The notes under the pieces were generated by a model that worked only from the letters and a program-made list of their open reading frames with translations, was not told the origin of the DNA and did not search any database. A DNA stretch of 64,000 bases from Chiloscyllium plagiosum (lineage: Eukaryota), in assembly GCF_004010195.1 (NCBI RefSeq), contig NC_057752.1:12094923-12158922 (forward strand). Reading direction: 5' to 3'. Shown piece after piece: positions 13,491 to 25,772 of this stretch (its first letter is position 1; every line of letters begins with the position of its first letter). A program made the position numbers and the translations under genes.

Positions 13491-13919
13491 TAAGCCTCTT
13501 CAACTTCCAAATTAAAATTCATAATATAGATTAGAGCAAAAAATATCTGGTTGATATAAAACTATTACACATTTGCACTTTGGATAGTATAACTACACAG
13601 AACAGCTTTATTTAACGAACAAGATCCTGACAACAGTAATTTTGTGGCAGAAATAAATCAGCATGCAAGTTTGTCCGTGGTACAAACTCAACCTAACTTA
13701 GTGGAAATAAAAAATACTGACTTTGCTGTTTATATGCACTAATGTACATATTTTCTGGGCTTCAGTTGCTAGAAAACCAGACAAGTTGAAATCAAACATT
13801 CTTATCATGACAGTGGCTGCAATAGCTCTCCTTGGTCCCTTGCCCTCAGATCTAAAATTCACAGTTAACGTTTACTGTAGTCATGAACTTTACAAAACAT
13901 TTTCGGGGAAAAAAAATAC

Positions 13920-14088
13920 CTGAATCCAGGGATGGCCTTTGCAAAGTAAACTACTTTCTGTATGCTGTAAGAGACCAGATCAGCCAGATGAGGCAGCATA
14001 GGTAGTTTTTCACTCCTCATGGGACTGTTGGTGCCATCTTGAATCATCCCAAAGATGGAGAAATCTAATTTTGGTAACTCCGACATAT
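13920..14088 (-). CDS. VDR: Vitamin D receptor, exon encoding LBD helix 3
   Basis: Translation (D)MSELPKLDFSIFGMIQDGTNSPMRSEKLPMLPHLADLVSYSIQKVVYFAKAIPGF(R) contains the VDR signature LPHLADLVSYSIQKV. Acceptor tgatttgcacag, donor gtattt; 169 nt. Confidence 0.97.
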
Positions 14089-14689
14089 CTGTGCAAATCA
14101 TAGAATAAAATCCAATGTGATCATTGTCCTTGGTGATTATTTGCAACAGCCCTGATATCTATCTGAAATACAGTGAACAGCCCACCTAAAATACACAGTT
14201 GACAGCAATTATTGATGAAAGTTGAAGAGCTAAATTTGTTGTCTGAAGGCATTGTTTTTGGTGTCCACGAGAAACTCCATTCTCTGACTATGGTCTTCAT
14301 CCCTGGAACGTGCATGATCGTGAAGCAGACCACTTGGAACCTTGGTGTTGTGTTTGACTCTGAGATGAGTTTCTGACATATGCACAACAGGACCAAGCTT
14401 ACCAACTTCCACTTCTCAAACATACAAGCAAACAGTGGGAGGTGAGTGAAGAAGGGATGGAAAACCTCCATTTTAACTGGAGGTTTGAAGACAGAGGCCA
14501 TAATTCTTGTCAAGTAATGTTTGAGAGCTGAAATGATGAGGAAGGTGTCAACTTCAGATGAAATGTTAAACTAAGTTCCATTCTGTTCTCGTGGAACAGG
14601 TGTATGTCAAAATTCTCTTGAAGATGAGAAAGGTACCCTAGTATTGTTGACTGGGAGTAAGGTGGAGATTGAGAGATTAATAGAGCTTT

Positions 14690-14800
14690 TTAATCATCCT
14701 GGTCAGAGGTGTTATGACACGTGTCTGGAGCGAGTGGGACTTGAACCTGGGCATCCTGGCCCAGAAGTAAGGACACTACCACTGCACCACAAGACAGCTC
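14690..14800 (-). mobile_element. Short tRNA-derived SINE head
   Basis: Minus strand gtggtgcagtggtag (A box) ... ggttcaagtccc (B box); no complete cloverleaf. Confidence 0.5.
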
Positions 14801-14929
14801 CATCCCCTTCCTACCCCATCTTCTGTGCAAGAAACCTTTGTTGTTAAACAAATTCTGCAGCCTGTGTGACCAAGTTTCAGTGAATGATCACACATTAACT
14901 AAAATAAAATCTATCAAGTCAGCTTTCAT

Positions 14930-17095
14930 TCTAGGATCTGACTTGTCCAGTAGGAGCAACATCCTTGCAGGAGGGTTTGCTAGTGCTGTTGGGAGGTTAA
15001 ACAAGTTTGGCAGGCAAAGGGGGACACCGTGCGCTAGTTGAATAGTGATTGAGTGTATCTTACAAAAGGAACCTAGACAGACGGAATTCAGACAAGTTGA
15101 GTCTCAAGGGAGTAAGGGGCGTCTGAATGGCCTGCACTTTAATGCTCGGAGTATTATTTGTAATAGGTTAAGGATGTGGATTGTCACGTGGAATTGTGAG
15201 GTTGTTGCCATCACAGAGATATGGTTGAGGGAGGGACAGGACTGGCAATTCAGCATTCCGGGGAATAGGGTCTTCAGGCAAGATAGGGGAGGGTGTAAAA
15301 GAGGAGATGGTGTCACATTACTAATTAAGGAGTCAGTTGCTGCAGTAAGGTTGGATGATATCTTGGAAGAGTCATCAAATGAGGCTTTGTGGGTAACACT
15401 TAGGAATAAAAAGTGGACAGTCACACTGTTTGGAATATATTATAGGACCCCAAACCGTCAGCAGGCAAGAGAGGAGCAGATATGTAGACAATTCACTGAG
15501 GTGTGCAAAAACAATAACAGGGTAATTATGTCAGGCAATTTCAACATCCCCAATATTATCTGTGATAATCCTAGTAAAAAGAGTTTAGAGGGGGCAGACT
15601 TCTTGAAATGTGTTTTTTATCAGAGAGATTGTCTAACAAGTGCAGATCCAATTCTAGGGAATGAAGCCGGACAGGTATTTGAGGTAGCAATGGGGAAACA
15701 TTGTAGCGCAAGTGACAACACCGTACACTTTCAGTTTATTGTGGGAAAGGAGAAAGATGGTGTCCAAAAATTGGATTGAGGGAAGGCAGATTTTATGAAA
15801 ACAAGGCAGGATCTGGCAAGGTAAACTTGTGGGTAAATCTACAGCAAAACAGTGGGGGGTGTTCAGAAAGGAAATAGGGGAAGAGAACAGGCCCAACATG
15901 TTCACTTTAGGGTGAAATGTACGAGCAACAAGCCCAGAGAATCCTGGATGGCTAGGAATATTCAAGACTGGATAAGAAGGAAAAAAGAGAGGTGCATAAC
16001 AGGTACAAAGTGAGCAAACCAATGGAGGCCCGAGTGGAGTGTAAAAATTCCAATGGGGAGCTCAAGAAAGCAATTAGGAGAAAAAAAAGAGGGGATATGA
16101 GAAAACACCGGTGGGCGAGATTAGGGAGAATCCCAAAGTCTTCTCTACGTATATTAGGGGGACAAGGATAACCAGGGAAAGAGAAGGGGCCATTAGGAAC
16201 CAAGGGGAAAATCTCTGCTTGAAGCCAGAGGACATTGGCAGAGTATTAAATGAATACTTCACATCTGTCTTCAACCAGCAGGAGAACATAGGTACAAAAG
16301 AATTTTGATTGATATAAGACATGAGGAGGTATTAGAGATTTTGGCAGACTTAAAAGTCGTCAAATGCCTAAGTCCAGATGAGCTGTATCCCAGGATGTTG
16401 TAGAAATCGAGGGAGGAAATGTAAGTGGCCCTGACTCAAATTTTTAAATCCTCTCTGGCCACAGGGGAGGAGCCAGAGGATTGAAGGACAGCTAATGTGG
16501 TTCCACTTTTCAAGAAAGATGTTAATGATAAACCAAGGAATTACAGACCACTGAGTCTCACATCAGTGTTAGGGAAACTAGTGGAGAAAATTTGGAAGGA
16601 GAAAATTACTCTCCACTAGGACAGGCACGGCTTTATCAGAGGTAGGTCATGTCTAATAAATCTAGTTGAAATTTTCAGAGGTGACCAAATGTGTATATGA
16701 GGGTTGTGCAGTTTTGTTTGGTATAGTTTATATGGTTTTCAGCAAAGTCTTTGACAGGGTTCCATATGGGAAACTATTAAAGAAGGTAAAAGCACATGGG
16801 ACCGAGGTAACTTGGCAACTTGGATCCAAAACTGTCTAAGTGATAGGAAACAGAGGGTGATGGTAAAATGCTGTCTGTGTGACTGGTGCAATGGCATATT
16901 ATAGGGATCAGTACTGGGTCCCTTATTGTTTGTGTTATTCATAAATAATGGAGGTGAAAACATGGTTGGTGGCATGATAAGTTTGCAGATGACACAAAGA
17001 TTAACTGGGTGGTCGACAGTGAGGAGGAAGCTGTTAGGTTACAGAAGGATATAGGTGGGTTGGTCAGATGGGTAGATCAGTGATAGGTGGAATCA
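14930..17095 (+). mobile_element. Decayed CR1 ORF2 with APE endonuclease and RT remnants
   Basis: ORF 15045-15779 (FNARSI, VAITEIWL, YYRTPN, GNFNIP), followed by RT remnants. Confidence 0.9.
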
Positions 17096-17179
17096 AATGA
17101 ATCCCTTGAGGAATATAAGGGTTCAGGTTTTAGGTTTGCTCGCTGAGATGGCAGGTTTGTTTTCTACAACCAATATCAG

Positions 17180-19050
17180 GGTTTTAGGAGTACACTTAAG
17201 AGGGAAATTAGGAAGGCAAAAACAAGACACAAGATAGAGTAAAGGAGAATCCAGAGAGATTCTACAAATATATTAAGGGTGAAAGAGTAACTAGGGAGAG
17301 GATGAGGTCCCTTTAAGACCAACATGGCTGTCCTTGTGTGAAACCACAGGAGATGGGTGAGATCCTAAACAAATATTTCCCATCAATTTTTATTGTGGAG
17401 AAAGACATGGAAACTAGGGAACTCAGGGCAACAATCAGTGATGTCTTGAAAAGAGTCTACATTACCGAAGAGGAGGTGCTCGAGGTCTTAAAATGCATTG
17501 GGATGATGCTGTTACTTTAAAAAGGTTATAGTGTCCTGGATTTCTTTTGAAGAAAGGTTGTAAAGGCAGAGGTGCCAAAGTGTATACTGGAGATGGCCTA
17601 AGTCAACAATCAGAGGAGGCCTTTAAGACATTTTTAAAACAATTGTAACAATGGAAGGTGAGTGGCCAGTTCTCCCAGATCAGGCTTTCTAATTTTTTAG
17701 CGGTTGCAGTAGAAACTGTTTGGGTCCCAGAAGGGTTGCAAGCTTCAGTGAATGATTTCTAACAGTGACTTTCTCTGAAATTTCTCTTGACGTGTTCCCT
17801 GCTGGATTGGAGAACTGTACGAAGAATCTGTGTCTGAATTAACCTTTTTGCCAAGAGGTGTGTATATGGGATGTTACTATATTGGAAATTAGTAAAAGGT
17901 ACTACACCTATTGTTTGGTTAAGTTTTGCACGAGTAAGCTATTCTAAATTCTTCTTTTTTTTTGTATTTTAACTACAGTATTTAAATAAATTGTCTTTTG
18001 CTTAATGTTGAGTAGTTTGACCAGCTGAATCACATTTGGACTAAACACTATGCATCTACCTTTAAAGTAAGATAAAGTTCGGATCTAGGCTACAATTGCG
18101 AGGGGGTCTGGTCTGGTCCATAACAGCATAAAAAGTAGAAAAATTCCCTGGACCTGATCAAGTGTATCCCAGGACATTGTGGGGAGCTGGGGAAGAAATT
18201 GGTGGGCCCCTAGCAGAGATATTTGATAGCTATGGGTGAGGTGCCAGAAGACTGGAGGGTGATTAATGTTGCGCTATGATTTAAGAAAGCTACAAGGAAG
18301 AGTGAGGGAACTACAGACCAGTGAACCTAAGTTGTGGGTACGTTGTTGGAGGGGATTCTGAGCAACAGGATTTACATGCATTTGGAAAGGCAAGGAATGA
18401 AAGTGGCATCACAAGTAGACAAGGTGCTAAAGAAGGTGTTTGGCATGCTTGCCTTCATCAATCAGAGCAGTGAGGACAGGAATCAGACGTCATGTACAAG
18501 ATATCGTAAGACCACATTTGGAGTACCATGTACAATTCTGGTCACCCTGCTAGAGGATGGATGTTATTAAACTAGAAATGGTGCAAAAACAGATTCACAA
18601 GGATGTTAGTGAGAGTGGAATGTTTGAGTTATAAGGAGAAGCTGGATAGGCTGGGACTTTTTTCACTGGAGCACAGGAGGCTGAGGGGTGACCATATAGA
18701 GATTTTTAAAATCATAAGGAGGTGAATAGTCAAAGTCTTTTCCCAGGGTAGGGGAGTCCAAAATGAAAGGGCAGAGGTTTAAGGTGAGAGGGGAAAATTT
18801 TTTAAAGGATCCACGGGGCAACATTTTCCATAAAGAGGGTGGTGCGTGTATGGAACGAGCTGCCAGAAGAAGTGGTAGAGGCGGTTACAATTGCAACATT
18901 TGGAAGACATTTGGACAGGTACACAGATAGGAAAGGTTTAGAGGGATGTGGGGCAAATACAGGGAAATGGGACTAGTTCAGTTTAGGGAACTTGGTCGGT
19001 ATGGACGATTTGGGCCGAAGTGTCTGTTTTCAGTATGTATGAGTGTATGA
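17180..19050 (+). mobile_element. Deleted CR1 copy, split by a solo LTR
   Basis: PQEMGEILNKYF...EEEVLEVLK, NYRPV-like segment and CR1 3' UTR. Confidence 0.8.
17499..18125 (+). mobile_element. Solo LTR (Gypsy-like, inferred) inserted in a CR1
   Basis: TG...CA termini, 4-bp TSD gcat (17495-17498 and 18126-18129), AATAAA near 17985; the CR1 reading frame continues on both sides. Confidence 0.65.
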
Positions 19051-19075
19051 CAAGGGAGTACTCAAAGAATGGCAG

Positions 19076-19293
19076 TGTAGTGACTGGAACGAGGTCAGCC
19101 AGGTAGAATATGAGTTCCCTGACTGGGGCTATTAACCTGGTCCAATAAGAGTCCTGGCTGACAGATGTAAACAGGAATGTCAGAGGTTCTGCTCACTCTA
19201 GGAGCCAGCTCTGAGCTAGCTGGGTTCATGTCGTGTACTATGCATGTGTAAATAAAGAGTAACTTGGATACCGGCCTTCATGGAGTGATTTCA
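19076..19293 (+). mobile_element. Short solo LTR (218 bp)
   Basis: TG...CA termini, internal AATAAA, 5-bp TSD ggcag (19071-19075 and 19294-19298); second copy at 61852-62509. Confidence 0.8.
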
Positions 19294-19299
19294 GGCAGG

Positions 19300-20400
19300 A
19301 TACCAGGACGCTCAGAGGAACAGAGGGATCTTGGGATGTTTGTTCACAGATCCCCAAAAGTAGCAGGACAGGTTAACAGGGTCATTAGGAAGGCACATGG
19401 GACACATACCTTTAATAGGGTAGGTAAGGCAGCATATGGGACACATGCTTTTATCAGTCATGGCATAGATTATAAGAGCAGGGAGGTTATGTTGCTGTTG
19501 TAAAGAACTCGGGGCGGCACGGTGGCACAGTGGTTAGCACTGCTGCCTCACAGCGCCAGAGACCCGGGTTCAATTCCCGCCTCAGGCGACTGACTGTGTG
19601 GAGTTTGCACGTTCTCCCCGTGTCTGCGTGGGTTTCCTCCGGGTGCTCCGGTTTCCTCCCACAGTCCAAAGATGTGCAGGTCAGGTGAATTGGCCATGCT
19701 AAATTGCCCGTAGTGTTAGGTAAGGGGTAAATGTAGGGGTATGGGTGGGTTGCGCTTCGGCGGGGCGGTGTGGACTTGTTGGGCCGAAGGGCCTGTTTCC
19801 ACACTGTAAGTAATCTAATCTAATCTAAAAAAAACTTTGGTTAGACCACAGCTGGAGTACTGTGTGCAGTTCTGGTCTCCGCACTATTGGAAGAAGGCTG
19901 TGATTGCACTGGAGCGAGTGCGCAAGAGGTTCACAGGACATTTCCAGGGAAGGTGCAATCCTGCTATGAATACGTTTTCTTTGCAACAGAAAGTTTGAGG
20001 GCTGACCTGCTAAAGCTGTATAAAGATTATGAAGGAGATGGACAGGGTGGATAGAAAGGAACTGTTCCCCTTAGTCAAAGGGTCAAAAACAAGGGGTCAA
20101 AGGGTCAACATAATTTTGAGGTGAAAGGCAGGAGGTTTGGAGGAGCTTTGATGAAAATAGTTTTCATCCAGAGGGTGGTGGGGGTCCAGAATGCACTGCC
20201 TGGGAGGGTAGTTGAGGCAGGTAATCTCATAACCTTTGAAAGGTACTTGGATAAGCACTTGAAATGTCACCACGTTCAAGCCAAAGGGCCTAGTGCAGGA
20301 GAGAGGGACTAGTGTAGATTTAGTGTAGCTTTGATAGTACAGACTCGATGGACGAAAGGGCGTATTCTGTACCGTACAATGCTGCGATGCTTGTACCATT
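19300..20400 (+). mobile_element. Older CR1 3' part, interrupted by a SINE
   Basis: EQRDLGMFVHRS...REVMLL, LEYCVQFWSPHY, QRVVGVQNALP. Confidence 0.8.
19511..19828 (+). mobile_element. V-SINE (HE1-like), full length, young
   Basis: Intact head with A/B boxes, V-domain and (taatc)n tail; near-identical to the copy at 2970-3292. Confidence 0.92.
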
Positions 20401-20629
20401 AGAATGTGAAAGTGACCACAAAAAGCAACAGCAAAATACTGCAGATGCTGAAAATCTGAAATAAAAACAAAGTGCCGGAGAAACTTGGTAGGTCTGACAA
20501 CATCTGTGGAAAGAAAAACAGTTAACGCTTTGAGTCCAGGTGAGTAGCACGGATGCATTTAAGGGAAAGCTAGATAAGCACTTATGGGAGAAAATAACAG
20601 AAGTTTACAAGAACATAACAAATATAAAT

Positions 20630-22305
20630 AATCAGAGCAAGAGTAGGCCATTCAGCCCCTCAAGCCTGCCTTTCCATTTAATAAGGTTATGACTATTGTA
20701 AGACCATAAAATCACACAAAATAGGGCCATTTGATCCCTCAAGCCTGCTCTATGATTCAATAGGATCACAGCTGATCTGACATTCCTCATATCCACTTTC
20801 CTGCCCTTTCCCCCTAGGATCAATCACCCTAATGTTGATCGGGGTTACATGAAAAAGACTGGAGAAGGCTTATGTGGAGTGTAAATAGTGGCCTTGGATT
20901 TCCTGACTGATCAAGAATCTATCTTGTCCTTAAATGGACACAAGGATGCTGGCTCTCTGTGGCAAAACTCCAAAGACTCTCAACTCAGAAGAAATTCCCC
21001 CTCATCTCAGTCTTAAATTGGTGCCCTTTTATTCTGAGACTATGCCCCCTGGTCCTTGACTCTCCCATGTGGGGAAACATCCTCTCAGCATTTACCCTGT
21101 CAAGCTCCTTAGGAATCTTATATGTTTCAGTGAAGTCATCTCTCATTCTTCAAAGCTCTAGTGAGTAGAGTCTCAGGGACAAGATTTGAGTGGTGCTGGA
21201 AAAGCACAGCAGGTCAGGCAGCATCTGAGGAGCAGGAAAATCGATGTTTCGGGTAGGAACCCTTCCTGATGAAGAGTTTTTGCCCAAAATGTCAATTACT
21301 TAACCTATCAATATCTCTCTGTAAACTGTCTCCTTCTCACAATCTGCCTTTCCACCTATTCTTCTGTTACCTGCAAATTTAGCTACAGTACATTCACTTC
21401 CTTCTTCCAAGTCATTAATATATATTGTAAACAGTGGAGGTCCAGCACTGATTACTGTGGATCCCACTGTACATGGGTTGCCAGCCTGAAAAAGAACCCC
21501 TTATTCCCATTCGCTGTTCCCTGCCCATGAGCCAATTCTCTATCCATGCCAATATACTACCTCCAACACTGCAGGCTCTTATGACATAACCTTTTGTGAG
21601 GTACTTGTCAAATGCTTTCTGGAAATTCAAATACAGTGCATCTACTGGATCCCCTCTGTTCACTCTGCTTGAGACTTCCTCAAAAATCTCTAATAAATTA
21701 GTCAGACACGATTTCTCTTTCATGAAGCCACGCTGACTCTGGTTGATTAGACAGTCATTTTCCAAATGTTCGGCTATTACTTTCTTAACAATCGACTCCA
21801 ATCCTTTTCCAACTGCCCCAGGAGTCAACTCTTCTTTAGTGCCAGAAGAAAGCGAGGACTGCAGATGTCGAGAGTGTGGGGCTGGAAAAGCACAGCCGGT
21901 CAGGCAGCATTCGAGGAGCAGGAGAGTCGATGTTTTGAGCATAAGCTTTTCTGACATTGCTGATGAAGAGTTTATGCTCGAAATGTTGACTCTCCTGCTC
22001 TTTGGATGCTGCCTGACCAGCTGTGCTTTTCCAGCACCACACTTGTTGACTCTTTTGTGTCAGCTGCTCATCGCCTTCAACTCCTCAATATTTCAAAAAT
22101 CTATCCACCTCCTGTAAGTACTTTTGAGTGACCTCGCCTCCACTACCCTCTGAGAGGAGAACTTCCTTCAGATCTCAGCTTTAAATGAGTATTCCCTTCT
22201 TCTGTAACTATGTCCCCTAGTTTGAGGTTCACCCACTAGTGGAAACATCTTCTCAACATCTACCCTGTCCCTCAGAATCTTGCGTGTTTCAATACAATCA
22301 CCTTA
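20630..22305 (-). mobile_element. Nested older CR1-clade fragments with Penelope-derived insertions
   Basis: [17 protein letters not shown]...NFQKAFDK on minus; inserts at about 21178-21300 and 21845-22052. Confidence 0.7.
21845..22052. repeat. Palindromic Penelope-derived short element
   Basis: ctggaaaagcacagccggtcaggcagcat...ggagagtcga and its inverse ttgactctcctgctc...gctgcctgaccagctgtgcttttccag; CTGATGA...GAAA at 21960-21983. Confidence 0.8.
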
Positions 22306-22423
22306 ATGCTGATCGGGTTACATGAACAAGGAGGACACTTATGTGGAGACTAAACAGCAATCTGGAGCTGTTAGGTTAAATTGTCTGTATCTGTGCGACA
22401 AATACTTTGTGAGTATGACATAC

Positions 22424-22565
22424 CTATAGATAGATTGCAACCTTCTGGGAAGGATGCAGTGAAAGAATCGAAACCAAAAGTATCAGCTGAGCAGAGATTC
22501 TGTGACGCATCAGTAGAAGTGGATTGCTCGGATTCTTCCATTTTAGATTCATCCCGGACTGGTGG
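22424..22565 (-). CDS. VDR: Vitamin D receptor, exon encoding PPVR and the variable Ser/acidic insertion
   Basis: Translation PPVRDESKMEESEQSTSTDASQNLCSADTFGFDSFTASFPEGCNLSI+G. PPVR is the conserved start of this VDR exon. Acceptor ttttttgttgtag, donor gtatgt; 142 nt; phase 0 to 1, fitting both neighbours. Confidence 0.88.
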
Positions 22566-22928
22566 CTACAACAAAAAATATAATGACAGGTTCATGTTAT
22601 TTCCAAGGTTGTCATACACAGTTTATGGGCACAGAAAATACAAGCAGGAGTCATAAATGGTGGTAGATATTTAAACAACTAACAGGGGGAGGCGGCTCCA
22701 GAATACACTTCCTCAATCTTGGTAGCCCAGCTCAAAAGACAATGATTAAGCTCTTGCTTTCACCTTCAGCCGAAAGTGCTGAGTGAATGGTTAATCCCAG
22801 CCTGCTCCTGAGTTCCCGGCCATGGATGCCTGACTGCAACCAATTCGATTCACTCCACTTAATATTAAAACAACAGAAGGCACCGGATATTGCAAATGCT
22901 TCAGTCCGAGACAACATTCTGGCAATAG

Positions 22929-23061
22929 GAGAAAATGAGGATTGCAGATGCTGGAGATCAGAGTCAAAAAGTGTGGTGCTGGAAAAGCACAGCAGGTCAG
23001 GCAGCATCCGAGGAGCAGGACTTTTCAAGCATAAGCTCTTCATCAGGAATGTGGGCCATAG
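22929..23061 (-). mobile_element. Penelope-derived short insert with TSD
   Basis: Flanked by the 14-bp direct repeat cattctggcaatag (22915-22928 and 23062-23075). Confidence 0.8.
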
Positions 23062-23504
23062 CATTCTGGCAATAGCATTGAAGACTGGTGCTCCAGATCT
23101 TGCTGCTCCCCTAGCCAAGCTGTGAGTAACTCATCTCCTCTCTCCCTAAAGCCTAATTACCAGGCTCAAGTTAAGAATGTGAGAGAATATTCTCACTTGC
23201 CTGGATGGATGCAGATCCAGCTAAACTCTAAGCTCAACACTATCCAGGACAAAGCAGCCTGCTTGATTGGTACCACATCCAACACCTTTAATATTCTCTC
23301 CCTCCACCTCTGAAGCACAATAGCAGCAGTGCATACCACCTACAAAATGCATACTAAGCAACTCATCAGAGGTGCTTTTATATGACCTTCCAAACCTGCA
23401 ACTTCTATCACGTAGAAGGACAAGGACAGCAGATGCACCACTACCTGCAAGTTCCCGTCCAGGCCAAGCCATTCACTATCCTGACTTGGAAATATATCAT
23501 CCTG

Positions 23505-24620
23505 TGTGGAACTATAAGACTATATGATGTAGGAGCAGTGTGAGGGCATTTTGCCCTCTGCCATTCCATCGTGGCTGATACGTTTCTCAATCCCATTCTT
23601 CTGTCTTCTCCCTGTCACAGTTGATTCCCCTTGATCAAAAACCTGTCTACCTCTGTCTTAAATATACTCATGACTTGGCCTCGACAGCTTTCTGCAGCAG
23701 AATTTCACAGATTAACCACCATCATGTTGAAGAAATTCCCCCTCATCAGAGCTCTAAAGGGTCATTCCCTTCACTCTGAGGCTGTGCCCTCGGATCCCAG
23801 TCTCTCCTCCAAGTGGAAACATCTTCTCCATGTCCACTCTATCCAGGCCTCTCAGTATTCTGTAAGTTTCAATCAGATCCCCCCCATCATCCATCTCAAC
23901 CCCATCGAGTACAGACCCAGAGTCCTCAACCCCTCCTCATACGACAAGCTCCTCATACGACAAGCCCCTCATCCCCAGCATCATTCTTGTATCCCCCTCC
24001 AAGGCCAGCACATCCTTCCCTAGATACAGGGCCCCAATACTGCTCACAATATTCCAAACCTGGTCTAACCAGTGCATTATACAGCCTCAGCAGTACATCC
24101 CTGCTCTTGTGTTCTAGCCCTCTTGAAATTAAGGCTAATGTTGCATTTGCCTTTCAAACTGCCAACTGAACCTGCATGTTAACCTGAAGGGAATCCTGAA
24201 CTAGGGCTCCCAAGTCCCTTTGTGCATCAGATTTCCAAAGCCTTCCCCCACTTAGAAAGTAGTCTGCACCTCTATTCTTCCCATCAAAGTACATAACCTC
24301 ACACTTTCCCACACTGTACTCTATCTGTGACTTCTTTGGCCACTCCCGGAGCCTATCCAAGTTGTTCTGAGCCTCCCTACTTCCTCAACACTACCGACCC
24401 CTCCACCTATCTGCATGGCATCTGCAAATGTAGCAGCAATGCCCTCAGTTCCTTTGTTCAGATTGTTAATGCATAACGTGAATAGTTATAGTCCCAACAT
24501 GGAGCCCTGCAGAACTCCACTAGTCACCGACTGCCTTCCTGTAAAAGACCCCTTTATCCCCACTCTCTGCCTTCTGCCAGTCAAGCAATATTCTATCTAT
24601 GCTAGTACTTTGCCTTATAT
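23505..24620 (-). mobile_element. CR1-clade LINE 3' portion
   Basis: YSVGKCEVMYF...QRDLGALVQDS on minus; same family as 44500-44975 and 62510-63285. Confidence 0.8.
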
Positions 24621-25772
24621 TATTGTATGTCTCAAAGTACCTACATCAGGCAGACTGCAGTGGCTTGACAAGGGAACTCACCGCTCTCCAGGGCAATTGC
24701 GGATGGGCATTAAGTGCTATATGCTGAAAAAAAATCACATTTAGCTGCTCCAGATAATGTTGCTTTTCAAAACAGTGAGGCAGATAATTGGAGACTGAAT
24801 GGCAGAGATTTTGGATGAAGGAAATACCACCTGCTGAGTACCCTCTGATTGTACCAAACATAAGGCCAATCAAAGAAGCAAGTACAAGGGAAATAGAAAC
24901 CTCGATAAGCTTTGAACTGAAAGCAGACTTCTCTGCCCCTCTCTCCCTCTTTTAGTGTGGGGAAAAAGACAGAAAAAAATTTAAAAAAAGCTCAAAGCAT
25001 AAGAAGTCTAAAAAGAACAGGTCCATTGGATCAACAATTGAAGTGAAGGAAGATGTAAAGACCACTTTTGTTTTGGACTGTGGACTAAAACATGGGAAAA
25101 TGTACTGCAATCAGTAAAGGAAAAAGTGGAAAAAAGATGTAACAATTTTAAAAACAAGTTGTGAGTTATAGTGACAGTGTTGTCCTTTTTCAAGGAGTAG
25201 GGGAGAACATTCGGACAAACACATGGTTATAAGGCATCTGGATAAATCCATGGCTAGGAATGGTTTAGAAGGATATGGGCCAAGTGCAGGGAAATGGGGT
25301 TAGCACAGATGGACATTTTGGTCAGCACGGACCAGTTTGAGCCCAAGGGCCTGTCTCTGTGTTGTATGACTCTATGACATTGGTTCCTTGTGTGTATGCA
25401 CATATGTTCAGGGCATTTTTGCACACAGACAGTCTTTAATTGATTTTTCAATCGGCCAGTTGTTGTGGGCTCACAAGGACTCACCATTGTCACAGCGACT
25501 TAATCAGTTTTCAGGCAAATGGCTACAGCCTTATATATGGACATTACAGGAGCAACATCTGGCCTGAAAAGAGAAAGCACCTTAATCTCTCTTTCTCTGC
25601 CCCTGCTGTGAGGAGAGGTAACTGAAATGCTGCCAGTATTAGTTCTCATCATTTCCCTGTAAACTGATCTCTCTGCAAATTGGTTGGTGAAAAGGAAAAG
25701 AGGAAAACGACCTTAGAGACACTGAAAGGGACAAACTTTCAACCAGTGAAGGTAAGATAGCATTAGTATGCT

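Noticed and set aside
1..13919. Search for the next VDR exon (DLTxEDQIxLLKSS-type)
   Set aside because: Not found by eye. It probably lies left of the window; the N gap is flanked by TE sequence.
13865..14146. Calling the gene PXR/CAR, or treating the 93-aa ORF as a whole protein
   Set aside because: The [25 protein letters not shown] and PPVR motifs are VDR-type; only 13920-14088 is exon.
19511..19590. tRNA-like sequence with A/B boxes
   Set aside because: SINE head continuing into the V-domain; no complete tRNA cloverleaf.
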